In this document: in pieces, positions 24,738 through 36,587 of the stretch
How the letters are laid out: every line of letters starts with the position of its first letter
How positions within the stretch are numbered: position 1 is the stretch's first letter
NCBI GenBank assembly: GCA_000708835.1
Contig: DF236957.1
Coordinates: 62,001 to 126,000, forward strand
Source: Klebsormidium nitens
Lineage: Eukaryota > Plantae > Klebsormidiophyceae
DNA length: 64,000 nucleotides
Reading direction: 5' to 3'
Position numbers and translations under genes: made by a program
The notes under the pieces: generated by a model
What the model was told of the DNA's origin: nothing
The model's input: the letters and a program-made list of their open reading frames with translations, nothing else
Database searches by the model: none

Positions 24738-26745
24738 AGCCCTTGTTGAGAACCTTGAGTAGGTCGCGACTGATTTTGCGGCCGCGCTGGACCTTATTGT
24801 CACTCTGCTTTGACTGACAGCCTTTCTCGTTTACCTGTCGACCGACTTTTTGATGCAGAAGTGTGACGCATGTGATGATGTGCGTCCAGTCAGATACGTC
24901 CAGAAAGTGATGGCGCGCAGCTGTGCAGTGCTTTACTTGGCTTGGTTGTGGGATGCAAGTTCGAGCTCAATGTTATTCTATGAGTATGCTCGTAATGATA
25001 CTCACAGCCCATGCCACATGCCTAGCTAGAGCACTAAAAGCCTGAGGTCAATGCAACTGATCTACGTAGCCGTGTGTGCAGAACCGTTCCTCAAACCAGC
25101 TAGCTCTTAGTAGGTTGCCCAGGCCCGCCGCGCTTCATGAGTACGCCATAGTTTTGAGTAGGTGCACGCACACAGTGCATGTGTGATCCAGCCCGCGCCA
25201 CGAACCAAAGCTTTTCGCACACGTATCTCATGATGATGCACTAAGGCTGCTTGTTGCCCTCAGCATGCCACCATCGCGCAGGCACGCACTCCTGTTTGTC
25301 ATTGCGCCGGGAAAATTGTTAGGAAACATGCATTTTAGTAGCTCGTCCAATCGTCACTCTTCTGGCAGATGTATTACGTAGCCACTATATAGACCCGGGG
25401 TCCTATACTTCGACCAAGTTGCATATACACATCAAATGATCATGCACTGATGTCCGACAATGTTAATTCGCGGGCGGCCCCCCAGCAACTTAGTCGACGT
25501 GACAGGTCCATCTAATTGGTTAACCATGGTAGAATCAGATCGCTGATTCAACGAATTGGTGTCTGCATTTGCCATGCCAGTACGTCCATGTTGAATTGCT
25601 TAGGATTACTCATTAGTACTTGTTTTATGTAGGTAATCAAGTACCATGCATGGATAAAGGCAGCCGCGTCAGTTGTAGATGCTCATGATAGGTTGAACTC
25701 GAATGCGCCATGCAGAAGTCAGCTGCGCGGCAAAGATAACATGGCCGATATGGCCGCCGCAGCGGCAGGCTGCGTACGTGTTGGCCGGGCATGGATTACA
25801 TATTCAGGGCCCGGCATGAAACACATGTGATTTTATGGCCAGCTCTTCGCTTCTGCACCGCGTGTTGCAGCCTAAGTTGGATTTCATGAATGATCGAGCT
25901 ATGGGTGAGCACAAGCTATGTAGGTATGCCCAGGATGTCCCGTTACTGGATTAGGCTCTGTCGATTGAACTGGTGCTGCATACATAAATAACGGCCTGCA
26001 GATCAAGAGCTATGATGGCTGCGTGGCAAGACTGAGCTCCAGCTGAGCTGCAGGATGTTCGATTGAGCTCTTGAAAGACGGCACCGCTCACAGCAGGCAC
26101 AAAACCCGAGGTTTCTGGTGTATCCAGGATGCAGACTTTGGCCAAATCCCCAAATCTAACACGGACCCGGCACAGTCACAATAAATGCCGATAGCTATTC
26201 GGCAGGAACTGACGGACTCAAACGTTGCCATTCTGCTGTACTTGATCGGACGATGCACGCGACGAACGAAGGTTTTGGGAAACACATCGGACGGCATTGA
26301 AGTATCTATACTTGTTGTACGCGCGCCAACCCCGTGCGAATGAAATAGGCAAACCGTGAGCCGCGCGTCGGCACAGCTGAGTCCGATTTCTCCAACTTTG
26401 AGGGTGACGGTTCAGCAACCTTAAATTTCAGATACCTAGACTAGGACCTAATACTTATATACCTAAATAGTTAAATATCACCGGCGTACAACCCGAACGT
26501 GAACTTGGAAGCCTGAAGTTGATGATTGGAAGCTTGCTTGCTGCCTGCTTGGCGGCTTTCTGGGCGTTGACAGGGTAGCACAAGGTAGTTGAAGTGCTTG
26601 GCAGACGGTCTTCTCTACGCTAGTTATCGAAGAACAAGACGAGGAAGCGCGCAGGTTCAAGGAGCCAGGCGGACCCCTTTTGTCTTTACTGTCCCCTGAA
26701 AAAAGATCCAGGTGCTTTCTTTGTGGCTCTGATTGACCTAGCATC

Positions 26746-29131
26746 ATGGGCTGCGGAGCTTCCTCTGCAGCTGGAGACAAGGCCATCGTGACAGCCACAA
26801 AAATCGATCCTCCTAGCGGTGAGAGCCAAGCGGCTTCTCAGAAACCTGTAGAGGAACTCTCTGCAGGAACGTCCAGTGCTGAAGAGCAGAGCACGCATCC
26901 AGCAGAAGCAGAGAAGTCTCCTAAGGAAAGTCACAGTCCTCCACCAGATGTCTCATCCTCAGCTCAGGCGAAAGCTCCCAAATCGGAGCCAGAGGCCCCT
27001 TCTAAGCTGTCGCAGAATATCGAAGTCAAGCAAGACGACGTGAAACCTGCGGAGCCAGCAAAGCTGGCCCCTAAGGAAGCTGGTGAACAGAGCGGCACTG
27101 AGAGTGTGGCAACTTCAGGGGAGAAACCAGCCGAAGGAGCTCAGGCAAGTGGATGCATTGCGACTTGAATCTTGACCAATTTGATGACAGTTTTGATGAT
27201 AGTTTTGATGAGTTCAGGAAAGAGCCCTGCCAAAGGTGGTAGGTATGCAGATGAATTGCGTGGATGATTGGCACCCTTCTGAGATTCTGATTAAGATTCT
27301 TATGAAGCTGCTCTGAGCTGGTAATATGCATCCTGCAACAGGCAGAGAAGTTAAAACTTACTTTACCGATGATTGAAGCATCAGCGTCCTGCCAGGCGTG
27401 CAAGAAGGCTTGCCCTCCAAGCTGCTCAATGATGCAGATTCGAAAAGGGCTGAAGTACTTATATGTGGCACGCAGATCTTGAATCTCCCTTGTAAATTGA
27501 TGGATTTAATTTAAGGCTAGTTCCAAATTGTCTTTGCGTACTCATTTGTGCAAAAAATGTGCTTAAGAACTATGAGGCCTTTTCCAAGCATTGGGACAGC
27601 TTTGCCGCTGCCCCCGCATCTCTGCTTATAATTTACAACTTTCATATTTGTCAAACTGAGTACCTGCTAGAGTACCTTTCTACAGACAGCAGCTCAGCCG
27701 TTTTGTGCTCTGGGGGAGGCTCGGTCTGAAGGAAGAGAAACCGCGGACTTGATTGTTCATTGAATGAACGTGCATCCATAGAGTCTTTCCTGATGGCGGT
27801 GGTTTGTCAGCGCATATTGCCTAGCAACAGACCACACTCTGCTTATAAGAGACCTGCCTATGATTCACCAACTTGCACATTAAAAGAAGGAAAATACATA
27901 ATGACCACCTTTGACTGTTCTCCACCATGCAGGCTGCGAATGAGCTGCCAAGTACCCCTTCAAGTGATGGGATGCTTACCAAACGGCTGTCTCAAAATAA
28001 GCTGCCCCCACTGAAAAGCCCTCTGGCCAGTAAGCTCCCGCTTTAGCTCCCTTCTTGTGTTGACTTGCAGGAGCTCGAAGTTGGATTGAAAAATGGATTC
28101 CTGTGACACACCTTTGCACTGGATATATCAACACGTACTTTTGCAATCACACATTTCTGTGATTACTCGCCTCGAATCTATCTCCGGAATTGTGTTGCAA
28201 GCTTCGGTCTTAATGACGAAGAGGACGATGGAAGGCTCGACACTGAGTACTCCCGCTTCAGACATAGGAGAGACATTGTGGATGTGCGTCAGACTCTGGG
28301 AGCTTTGAACACCGAGAGGTTCCCTCGGCATGCTGTGGATCCCTCAATCCTTAGAAGCACAAATCTAAGAGGAGTTCTACGTTTTGCCTTGGCTGCAAAG
28401 CAATCTAGTGTAGGGCTCCTGGTGACAGCCCCGGCGACATGTCAAGAACGTAGACGTCTCACAGAAGCGTCTGCAGGATTTCCTTCCATCTTTATTCCAG
28501 GTGGTTTGCATTGAGTGATTGCTTATTTGCCTAACGTATTGTGGTCCTTCGAGAAGCTTTGGAAGACATGATCCTACAGCTGCATCACGCTACTTGACTT
28601 GAACGACGCAAGCGAAACACGATCTCTCTTGAGACTGATCAGAGAATCAGAAAAAGCACTTCGGCGCAAATCTAGCCCGCAGCCTCCGCATTCTGACCGT
28701 CAGCATGTCGTGCTCAGCGCAGCTCAACTCTTACTTCCAATCTGCCTCAATCTGCAGCCGTCGATCCAAGCAAGGACCCCTTCGCGAAGCCCGTTCTGCC
28801 AACCGCTGTTCCGCTGCATCCTGCGGCTCCGTCTTCTCCCGCGGTTGCTGCCAGCTCGGCCGGAACCCCGACCCCAGCCACAGAGGCGCCCGGTTCAAAG
28901 TCCCCGGGCAGTGTCGTCAGCACTCCGAAGCCTGCAGACAGCCCGGTGCCCGGTACCCCGGTCAGGGAACCGGCGGCAGAAAGCAAGACGCCTGGACCAA
29001 GCAATTTGAGCAAGAGCAGCGGAGCGGAGTCTGAGAGGAGTAAAACGGAGCAGGAAGTGGTGCATACGCCCCGGGCAGCAACGGAGGCAGCTATCGAAGC
29101 GCTCATGGATGACGTGTCGGCTGCGCACTGA
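26746..29131 (+). CDS. Putative N-myristoylated/S-acylated intrinsically disordered protein (3 exons, ~289 aa)
   Basis: Starts MGCGASS. Exons 26746-27144, 27933-28029 and 28758-29131 splice in frame using a GC-AG intron (CAG|gcaagt) and a GT-AG intron. The protein is rich in Ala/Ser/Pro/Glu/Lys and has no recognisable domain. Confidence 0.75.
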
Positions 29132-31231
29132 GAACATAGTATGATAAATGAGCGCCGGCAGCGCACTAAGTGCAGATATTTTGATGAGTAAGCGCATGCG
29201 GATTCCCGGTCTCCTCAGTAGGAACCGTGTACCTGTAGTGTAACAAGGTTTGTGTTTGCTTTTCACTTAGCGAGTAATCGGTCTGGCAATAATGGTGGGT
29301 AGGAAACTGCAGAGCTTGAGGGTGAGCAGCTGAGGGAAAATGAGCTGCTCTACATTTCAATGGAGAATAGCTCTTCAGAGGGTGGGACAAAGACGATGAC
29401 GTGACCTACTGTGTAAGTTTGCAACTGTATACTTGACCGATGTATGCGTCCGAGTTGGGCTGCTCCTGCGAGTTCACACGTTTTGGGTAAGATATTATCA
29501 GGCTCGATGAATAAAGCGAAGAGACTATAAAGACAGCTAGGCTCGGCTTCGTGTATTAATTATTACCGTCTGATGCTATATGTCCGGCCGCCTGAACGGC
29601 CACTCAATCCAGCCTTGGAAAGGCCAAGTATCGGCGAATCATGCAGTATGCAGCTATTTCGACATGTAAATAGATAGACTAGAACCTCGAGCCAAGAGCT
29701 CGCAGTTGCCTGACGAGTAGATCGAACATGGTCAGAGTTGGTGCATCCGAACGTGTGCCGGTGAATGAAAAGAAGGAAGCTACACCACGGTTGCGTCAGA
29801 TTGATGATCAGGGTGAAGAGGTCACAGAGCCAACTCTTAGCTTATGATGTACAACAAGAACAGACACAGACGAATCGAGCATTGCCCACTTGCTTGAATC
29901 GGTGCAAGACTCGAACACAAAGCTAGACCATGACTCAACGGCCAGACCTTTACGTCTTTGCTGACTAGTCAAGTCGGATGCGTTGCATCGTATTTGAACG
30001 ACCGGACCTCCCTCCGAGCCTTGTGGACACGACACGGACAAGCCGAGCGTCCGATGATCCGTTAGATCCATTCGGACCTCTCGATCTGTGAATTTAAATG
30101 AGTTCCTCGCCCGACTTCTGACAATCATGTTGCATTCCTTGTCCAAGCTAGACGCTCTTCATAGCTTCACAGTCTCTAGAGCATGTTTTCTCATATGTCA
30201 TGCAGAAAGTAATTGAGAGGCACGAAAGAGAAAGATCTCAAGATCGGAAGCAATCTTGGAAGCATGGATAGCTGTCCAGCTCCTGATGACGTCATGAAGT
30301 AAGGACACCATCTCAGACGATTGCGGGCGTCCACTGATAGGAACTGTATGGCCCTCCTTTATAAAATGCGGAGATTTGCGGCCATTGGCGGGGATCCAAC
30401 GTTTGAAAAGCAAAATAGACGCGCGGTCTACAACCGTGATGAGCACTCCAACGGACCTTCCCGAAGTTTTCACCGTTGAAGTTTCAAAGGTAACCTTTTA
30501 ACCGTTAGCCGTGACGGTCTCGCATCAAAACCAAATGCAGCAACGGTTCCTGAAATTCTCAAAAGACGCAAGGGTCCTTCTCTCGAGTCAACCTTAGTTT
30601 GGCAGGTACCTATGTCGACAGCGTGCGAGTCTCCGTTCGAATGAGCGTTAACCAGCCCCAAATTCCGGAAGGGCCTCTTCTGACGATCTGTGACGGCGTT
30701 GCATGTGCTGGTTCGAAAGTAATCTGCACTTGTAGAGAAGGGCATTGCTTCCTACATCAGCCAGGGAAACCCTTAACTCAATCCAATGAGCATTTCAGTC
30801 TAGGCCACTGAGGTCCAGAGGTCCGTGTGCAGGTACTCCTCCAAGCGCGCCGAAAGAAAGTTGGCAATGGAGTTGGGTCTGTGGAAGCCGTTGTCTGAAC
30901 TGGATCTAAACCGCTGCGAAACCTTTGCTTTAGATACGTAGGAACCGATGATGTCATCAATGTCTACCTCAACATGCCACGCCACGTTGCATCTGCTTAA
31001 CCAGTGTCCGACCGAACTCGAGCAAATCTACATTCGACTCGGTCTGATTTTACTGTCCAGTTGCCAGTTGGCACCACATGACGAGCTTATGTCCACCGTG
31101 CTCCGCATGCATTTATTAGAGGCGTACCAGCGACGTCAAAGCAGGGACTTCGGCCAGAATGTCGCTGCAAAAACAAGAAGCTTGTGATGCGACCGAGCTC
31201 CGCAAATCCCGACCAGAACGATGACGACATT

Positions 31232-31262
31232 TCTAGGGAGTCAGGACTTCCGACTCCCTAGA
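31232..31262. repeat. Perfect 11-bp inverted repeat within a GGAGTC-motif cluster upstream of the LRR gene
   Basis: TCTAGGGAGTC (31232-31242), 9-nt loop, GACTCCCTAGA (31252-31262). Further GGAGTC(A/G)G copies at ~31266, ~31348 (reverse) and ~31392. Confidence 0.7.
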
Positions 31263-31531
31263 GTAGGAGTCAGGTGGCAGGAGCCAGTCGGGACTATGAT
31301 TGGAATCCGGATGCTGAGCCTCAGGTATCTTTAGCTCTGTCCAGTGTCCGACTCCAGGCCTGCAACTGATGACCACTGACCAGTTTGAAAGGGAGTCAGG
31401 TCTCAGGGACCTCTCTTGGGAGATCGTGGGAGGAATCCACCTCCAATGCACCTCAATCGCCGAGCTGACTCGACATTCAGGAAGTTTTACTGGCAGCTTC
31501 TTTAAAGTCGATAAAGGGGAGCCTGTGCAAG

Positions 31532-34500
31532 ATGGCGTCCCTGCGCTCTATCGGGCGCCCAGCTATGTCTCCCCTGGGGGCCCTTTTGGTGGCTGTGGTC
31601 TTGCTCTCACAGCAGATGAGCGGCGCAGCAGCTTTTAACGTCAGCTTCTTGCAAGGCTGCCCTGACTTCAACAACGTTACAAACCTCGACCTTAACTTCA
31701 AGAAGCTGGAAGGTCCCATTCCACCAGAGATAGGCAAATGCACTGCGCTAGCCAGCCTCAAGCTCAGCTTCAATTCAGACATCAGCGGCCAGATTCCGCC
31801 AGAGATTGGCCGCCTCAGCAACCTGCGGGCGCTTAAAATGGACTTTCTACCGAAGCTTACGGGGTCAATTCCCCCTGGATTGGCAATCTGTCCCAACTTG
31901 AGGAGCTGGATTTGTCGTTCAACAAGAGGCTCTCGGGACCCATTCCTCCAGAGTTGTGCCAACTGTCCAGACTACAGACATTGAAGCTGGCGTTCACAAA
32001 CCTTACGGGGCCCTTCCCAGATTGTTTGGGCAATTTAGCACGGCTGGAGACTTTGGACCTTGGTGGCACGTCGGGACTTCACACCTCCGGCAAAACATTG
32101 GAGATAGTGTCCCGCCTCACCAACCTCACCAATCTGAGGTTGTCCAGCGCCAACATATCGGGCTCTATACCCTTTGGGATTGGTAACATGACCAAGCTGC
32201 AACAGTTGGACCTATCATACAACAATTTGTCTTCACTAGCCTCCGTCACTCATGCCGGCCTTCGCCAACTTAAGAAGCTAGACCTGTCCCATAATCGCCT
32301 CTCAGGCCCCATTCCTTCTGAGTGGTTGTGCCAAATGTCCACCTTGGTTAACCTGGATTTGGGCTCCAACAACTTTTCAGGCCAAATACCAGCATGTTTG
32401 GCCAACCTCTCTGGGCTGCAGTTTGTGACACTTGCGGTGAATCGCTTGTCGGGGTCCATTCCTAGCGAGCTTGCGCTGCTGCCAAACCTGACATATCTTA
32501 GTTTGGGGTCAAACCTGCTCTCGGGAACCATTCCCTTAGAGCTTGCCAAGAGTACGAAGCTCTCCACTCTGAACCTTAGGAACAACAGTCTAACTGGGCC
32601 AATACCGCCTCAGCTCGTCGACCTTACCGAACTGGGTTACCTTGAGCTGTCCCACAATAAGCTGTCTGGCCCTTTACCTGCATTCACCAACATGTCTCGG
32701 TCTGCGGGTGCTGCCTTTTTGAAACTAGGCTCCAACAATCTGTCTGGACCCATTCCCCCCTCCCTCGGAAGCATCTCTGGATTCAGTAGCCTCGATCTGA
32801 GCTCTAGTCAACTTACAGGCGAGATCCCAGTTGTGTTCAGTACGTTCAGTGCGCTGGGGGTACTAGATCTTGGTCAAAACAATCTTCAAGGCCCAGTTAC
32901 ACCCTTGGCAAACCTGTCTAAGGTGACATACTTGGACCTCACGCACAATAGCTTTAGCGGGACCATCCCACCTAGCCTTTTTGTTGGGAAATCAGGGGTC
33001 TTTTTATCCCACAACAACTTCTCGGGCCCCATACCAAGGGAGGTCGCCGAGCTGCAGCCGACTTTCTCCTTCACAGACGCCCCATACCTACTCTTGGACC
33101 TGTCTTCCAATCAGCTGTCTGGCAGCCCCCCCCCAGAGCTGCAGCAGCTCTCAACCCTCCTGCAACTCAACCTGTCCAACAACAATCTATCGGGCTCCTT
33201 CCGAGTGGGGCCTTTCCGAAGGAGCCCCGTCTACAGCGCGCTCCTCGACTTCAGCAACAACGGGCCTCTGGCGATGCTTCCGGGAACCAACTTCAGCGGT
33301 CTTCAAGTGGTCGCCCTCCCCAATCTAACCTCCAGGGATCCCCCGCTGATCGCCCCCGACATGCGCGTTCTACAACTTAGCGGCGGGGTACACAAGAAGG
33401 GGTTGGACCTATCGGCAGTCCCTGCGACCTGCCCGTATGTAACGTACAACCGGGGGCCGGTGTCGGACATTACGTTCTGGGACGCGTGCACTGGAACGAC
33501 CGGTTGCCTGGTAAACCTGGTGGGTACCGGATCCAAGCTGAGCCGCGACGCGCGCAAGATGGTGTGCCTCAACCGGATCTCCGTCATCCTGGAGGGGGAT
33601 CCCCCGGCTCTGGTGTTCCCTTTTCAGTCCCCCCTGTCGCCCTATCTGAACAACAGCCGGGGGCCCTACTTCTTCAACGACAGCCGGTTTATCGACAAGA
33701 TCGACCTGGGTAAGGGCGGAGTTGCATACACGGGCGTCGGCTTTGCGCGCGTGCAAGAGGGCAACCTGTGCGGTAACCCGGAGGCCAAAACGGTGGTGGC
33801 CGTTACGTATGGCGTCTTTGCCGGTCTCATTCTCTTGAGCTCTCTCGGCTGGTGGGTCGCTGCTCGGCTCGGTTTCCCGGGCAAGGGCGACTCCTCGGGG
33901 CAAAAGACGGTTGTGACTCTTGGCTTATATACATGGAGTATCCTCTGTGCGCTGCTGCCGTGGGGCACTCTCGCCTCAAATGTGACCGTTGTGGCGGACA
34001 TTTGGGGGGCGTGGTCGGCTTGGGTCGTCCTAGCTTCGATCCTCGCACCGTATCTCGTCAGCGCCACGTGCGTGGCGTGGATTTGGTGGGGCGATTCAAC
34101 GTCCAACTCGATCTTGAAGGTGAGACTAAAAAGGACGTGACTACAAGTGCAAGGACTGGCAATCGATCGGCTGGCCGGCCGTTACACCTTATGAGGCAGA
34201 TTGCTTCGACGGACGTGAATTTGCACAGTGCTCGTTTTGTTCTGTTCTGAAATGCGGGTTAGAGCTCGCCACAAAATCGAAGCTGCCGTTAACCCGGCCT
34301 GCTCAGCGGTTGGTTACCTTGCCTTCTAAAGGCCCAGGCACTAACGAAGATTTCAACCGTCAACCACGAATGCAATATAACTCTGTCCCGGATGGAAAGT
34401 TGCATTCTGGACTATGCATCAGCAGCGGCGCATCTCCTATCAGTAGGACACTCTTCCCCTTCCGTTTGCTGCGTCGCTCCGTCTCCTTTCTTGCTCCATG

Positions 34501-35082
34501 TTCCACTAGACTCGTCTCCTCACCTGTCGTCCTTCTCTTTCCCGCCAGGCGCGCTTCAAGTGGGTCTGGTTCGCCGACCTCACCGACGCATACCCCCCGC
34601 CACCTTTGAACGGACTCCCCGCCTGGCGATACCCTCTGGCACTCATCTCTCTACCCAGCGCCGCGGCAGCTGTTGTCGCCTATGACGTCATCGCGTTTGC
34701 GGATAAAGTTGGGTTCCACCTCTGGTGGGGCGAGGATATTTACACCATGCTTCCGTACTTCGACTTCCGCTCACAGCTGGATCTGGTCCTCCGGTCCATA
34801 CCCCAAGCGATATTCCAGAGTGTGCTCTACTTACTGGGCAGCTCTCGGGCGACGCGTATTTACATCGACCAGCAGATTTTCACCGTCTCGATCTCCTTCT
34901 CCCTCGTGAGTATCCTCGTGCAGTACAACTTGCTTCTGAAGGAGACCATTGAGACGAGAGTTCCGGTGGCGATGATTGTTCGGAAGCGCTTCGCGGCCGC
35001 AAACAGTCGCCCCTGTTTGATGCGGACAGCTGGCAAGACGGAGGACGCTGGAGGGTTCGTCGACGAGAAGGGTGCCCCGTAG
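31532..35082 (+). CDS. Signal peptide + ~21-22 plant-type extracellular LRRs + multi-pass XK-related-like membrane domain, no kinase; 1-bp frameshift at 31871-31875
   Basis: ORF 31532-31984 (signal peptide, first 3 LRRs) continues in ORF 31912-34140 if one C is added to the C5 run, restoring IPPWIGNLSQLEELDLSFNKRLSGPIPPEL. LxxLxLSxNxLSGxIP repeats run to ~33270. Donor AAG|gtgaga at 34119, acceptor cag|GCG at 34549, exon 2 runs to TAG 35082. There are several hydrophobic helices and the motif LRSIPQAIFQ...SISFSLVSI. Confidence 0.85.
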
Positions 35083-36587
35083 TTGGCTTAGTGGGAAAAC
35101 GGAGCGTTCGGCCACCATATGTCTCTGCTAGACTTAGAAGTGGCTTCTGATTTTAGGTTCTATATCGCGTTTAGTATAATGTCGGATCTCGAGGTAGTGC
35201 AGAAACTGGTAGAGCACAGACTCGTTTGTTGTTTGAAGTTGGATAGGACCTTTGATCCGCTTGAGTGGAGCAGGCTAAAGCCAGTCTCATGTAGTCTCAG
35301 TTGATATATTTTAGAAGGATTGTCCGGCCCATAGTTTCGAGTACAGGTAATCCACGAACTTAGGAGGCGGCATCATCATGCATCAATCCCACAGGCCCCG
35401 TCCGAGAACAGAAGACGTAGATATACCTCAGTCGCAAACATAGGCTCGGTGTGGAAAGGTATTGGGGAACTGGGAAAGGTTCAGTGGTTCGGATCTTTGT
35501 CGCCTTCCTCGCTTTCGATAAGCTGCGTCTATCATGATATCATGCTCATGAAGAAGTCGGTCAGATTGATTCACAAAGTCATAGGTTGACGGGGCGTGCC
35601 ATTGGCGTATGCACATGAGGACGAACGCGTACGGTAACGCTTCCAAACGCGGAAGCACTCGCGCACAATGGTTTTCATTGAGTACAATGATCAGAAGCGA
35701 TGTCTTATATGTATCAGTCGTACAAATTGATGTATATTACGCTCTGGGTTTTAGGGTTGCATGGTTGCATATGCTATCATGTTTATGTCGGACTGGCAGG
35801 CCCGTTGCTCATACAGCTTACGGCGGCTGGACGGGGCCAGCATAATGAATACTCGTTTCTAGAACACCATTCGAGAGCTCACCACAGTATTCTGCTGACG
35901 GTCAGCTGACAGAAACCTCAGATACCTAGCTCTTGAAAGCGCAGATCGAGGCTGCACTTGTGTACCAATCCTTAGAGCGATGCACATGTGGTGTATATTT
36001 ACACTTGGATTTGATAGGGCCGGATAAGCGTGAATACGGGCCACGACGCATACTCACGTATGCAATTGTACGCGACATCATACGGCCATGATGAAGCATT
36101 AAATCTAGCACAATCTGCCAGGAGGCTGGGGCGGCATCGCTCACATGCCATGCTGATCTTTTGCATTCGCCATCGCCGCGGCCTTATTCTCCCTATGCTG
36201 ACTGAGGGACATCACATGATGCGAATTTCGTCTGTTCTGAGCGAGATTTCCATGCCGTTTGGAGCGATGCGGCGAGACTCTTACGTATTAACCTCAGATA
36301 ACCGGCCAAATCAACATGTACCGTCAGGGTTCCCATGCCTGATCTCAGGCCGGTTTGAGGCCACCGGTCAGTATTAGTCTCACAGGATCGAGCTTGAGCC
36401 TGGTCGTAGGAACTTGGGACAAGGTCCCTGAAAGGGTTGTTCCATTGCTTTAACAACGGAACCGGCGACAACAATTATTTCACTGCACTTCGCGTATCTA
36501 TGTATAGGACTTCAAGTTGACGCGCTAAATCGAGTTGTGTGGCAAAATGTATCACACCAGCTTTGTACAGTGTCTGCCTCCCCCAAA

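Noticed and set aside
24800-26450. Intergenic region examined for a transposon or MITE
   Set aside because: No terminal inverted repeats, target-site duplication or transposase/RT fragments found by eye.
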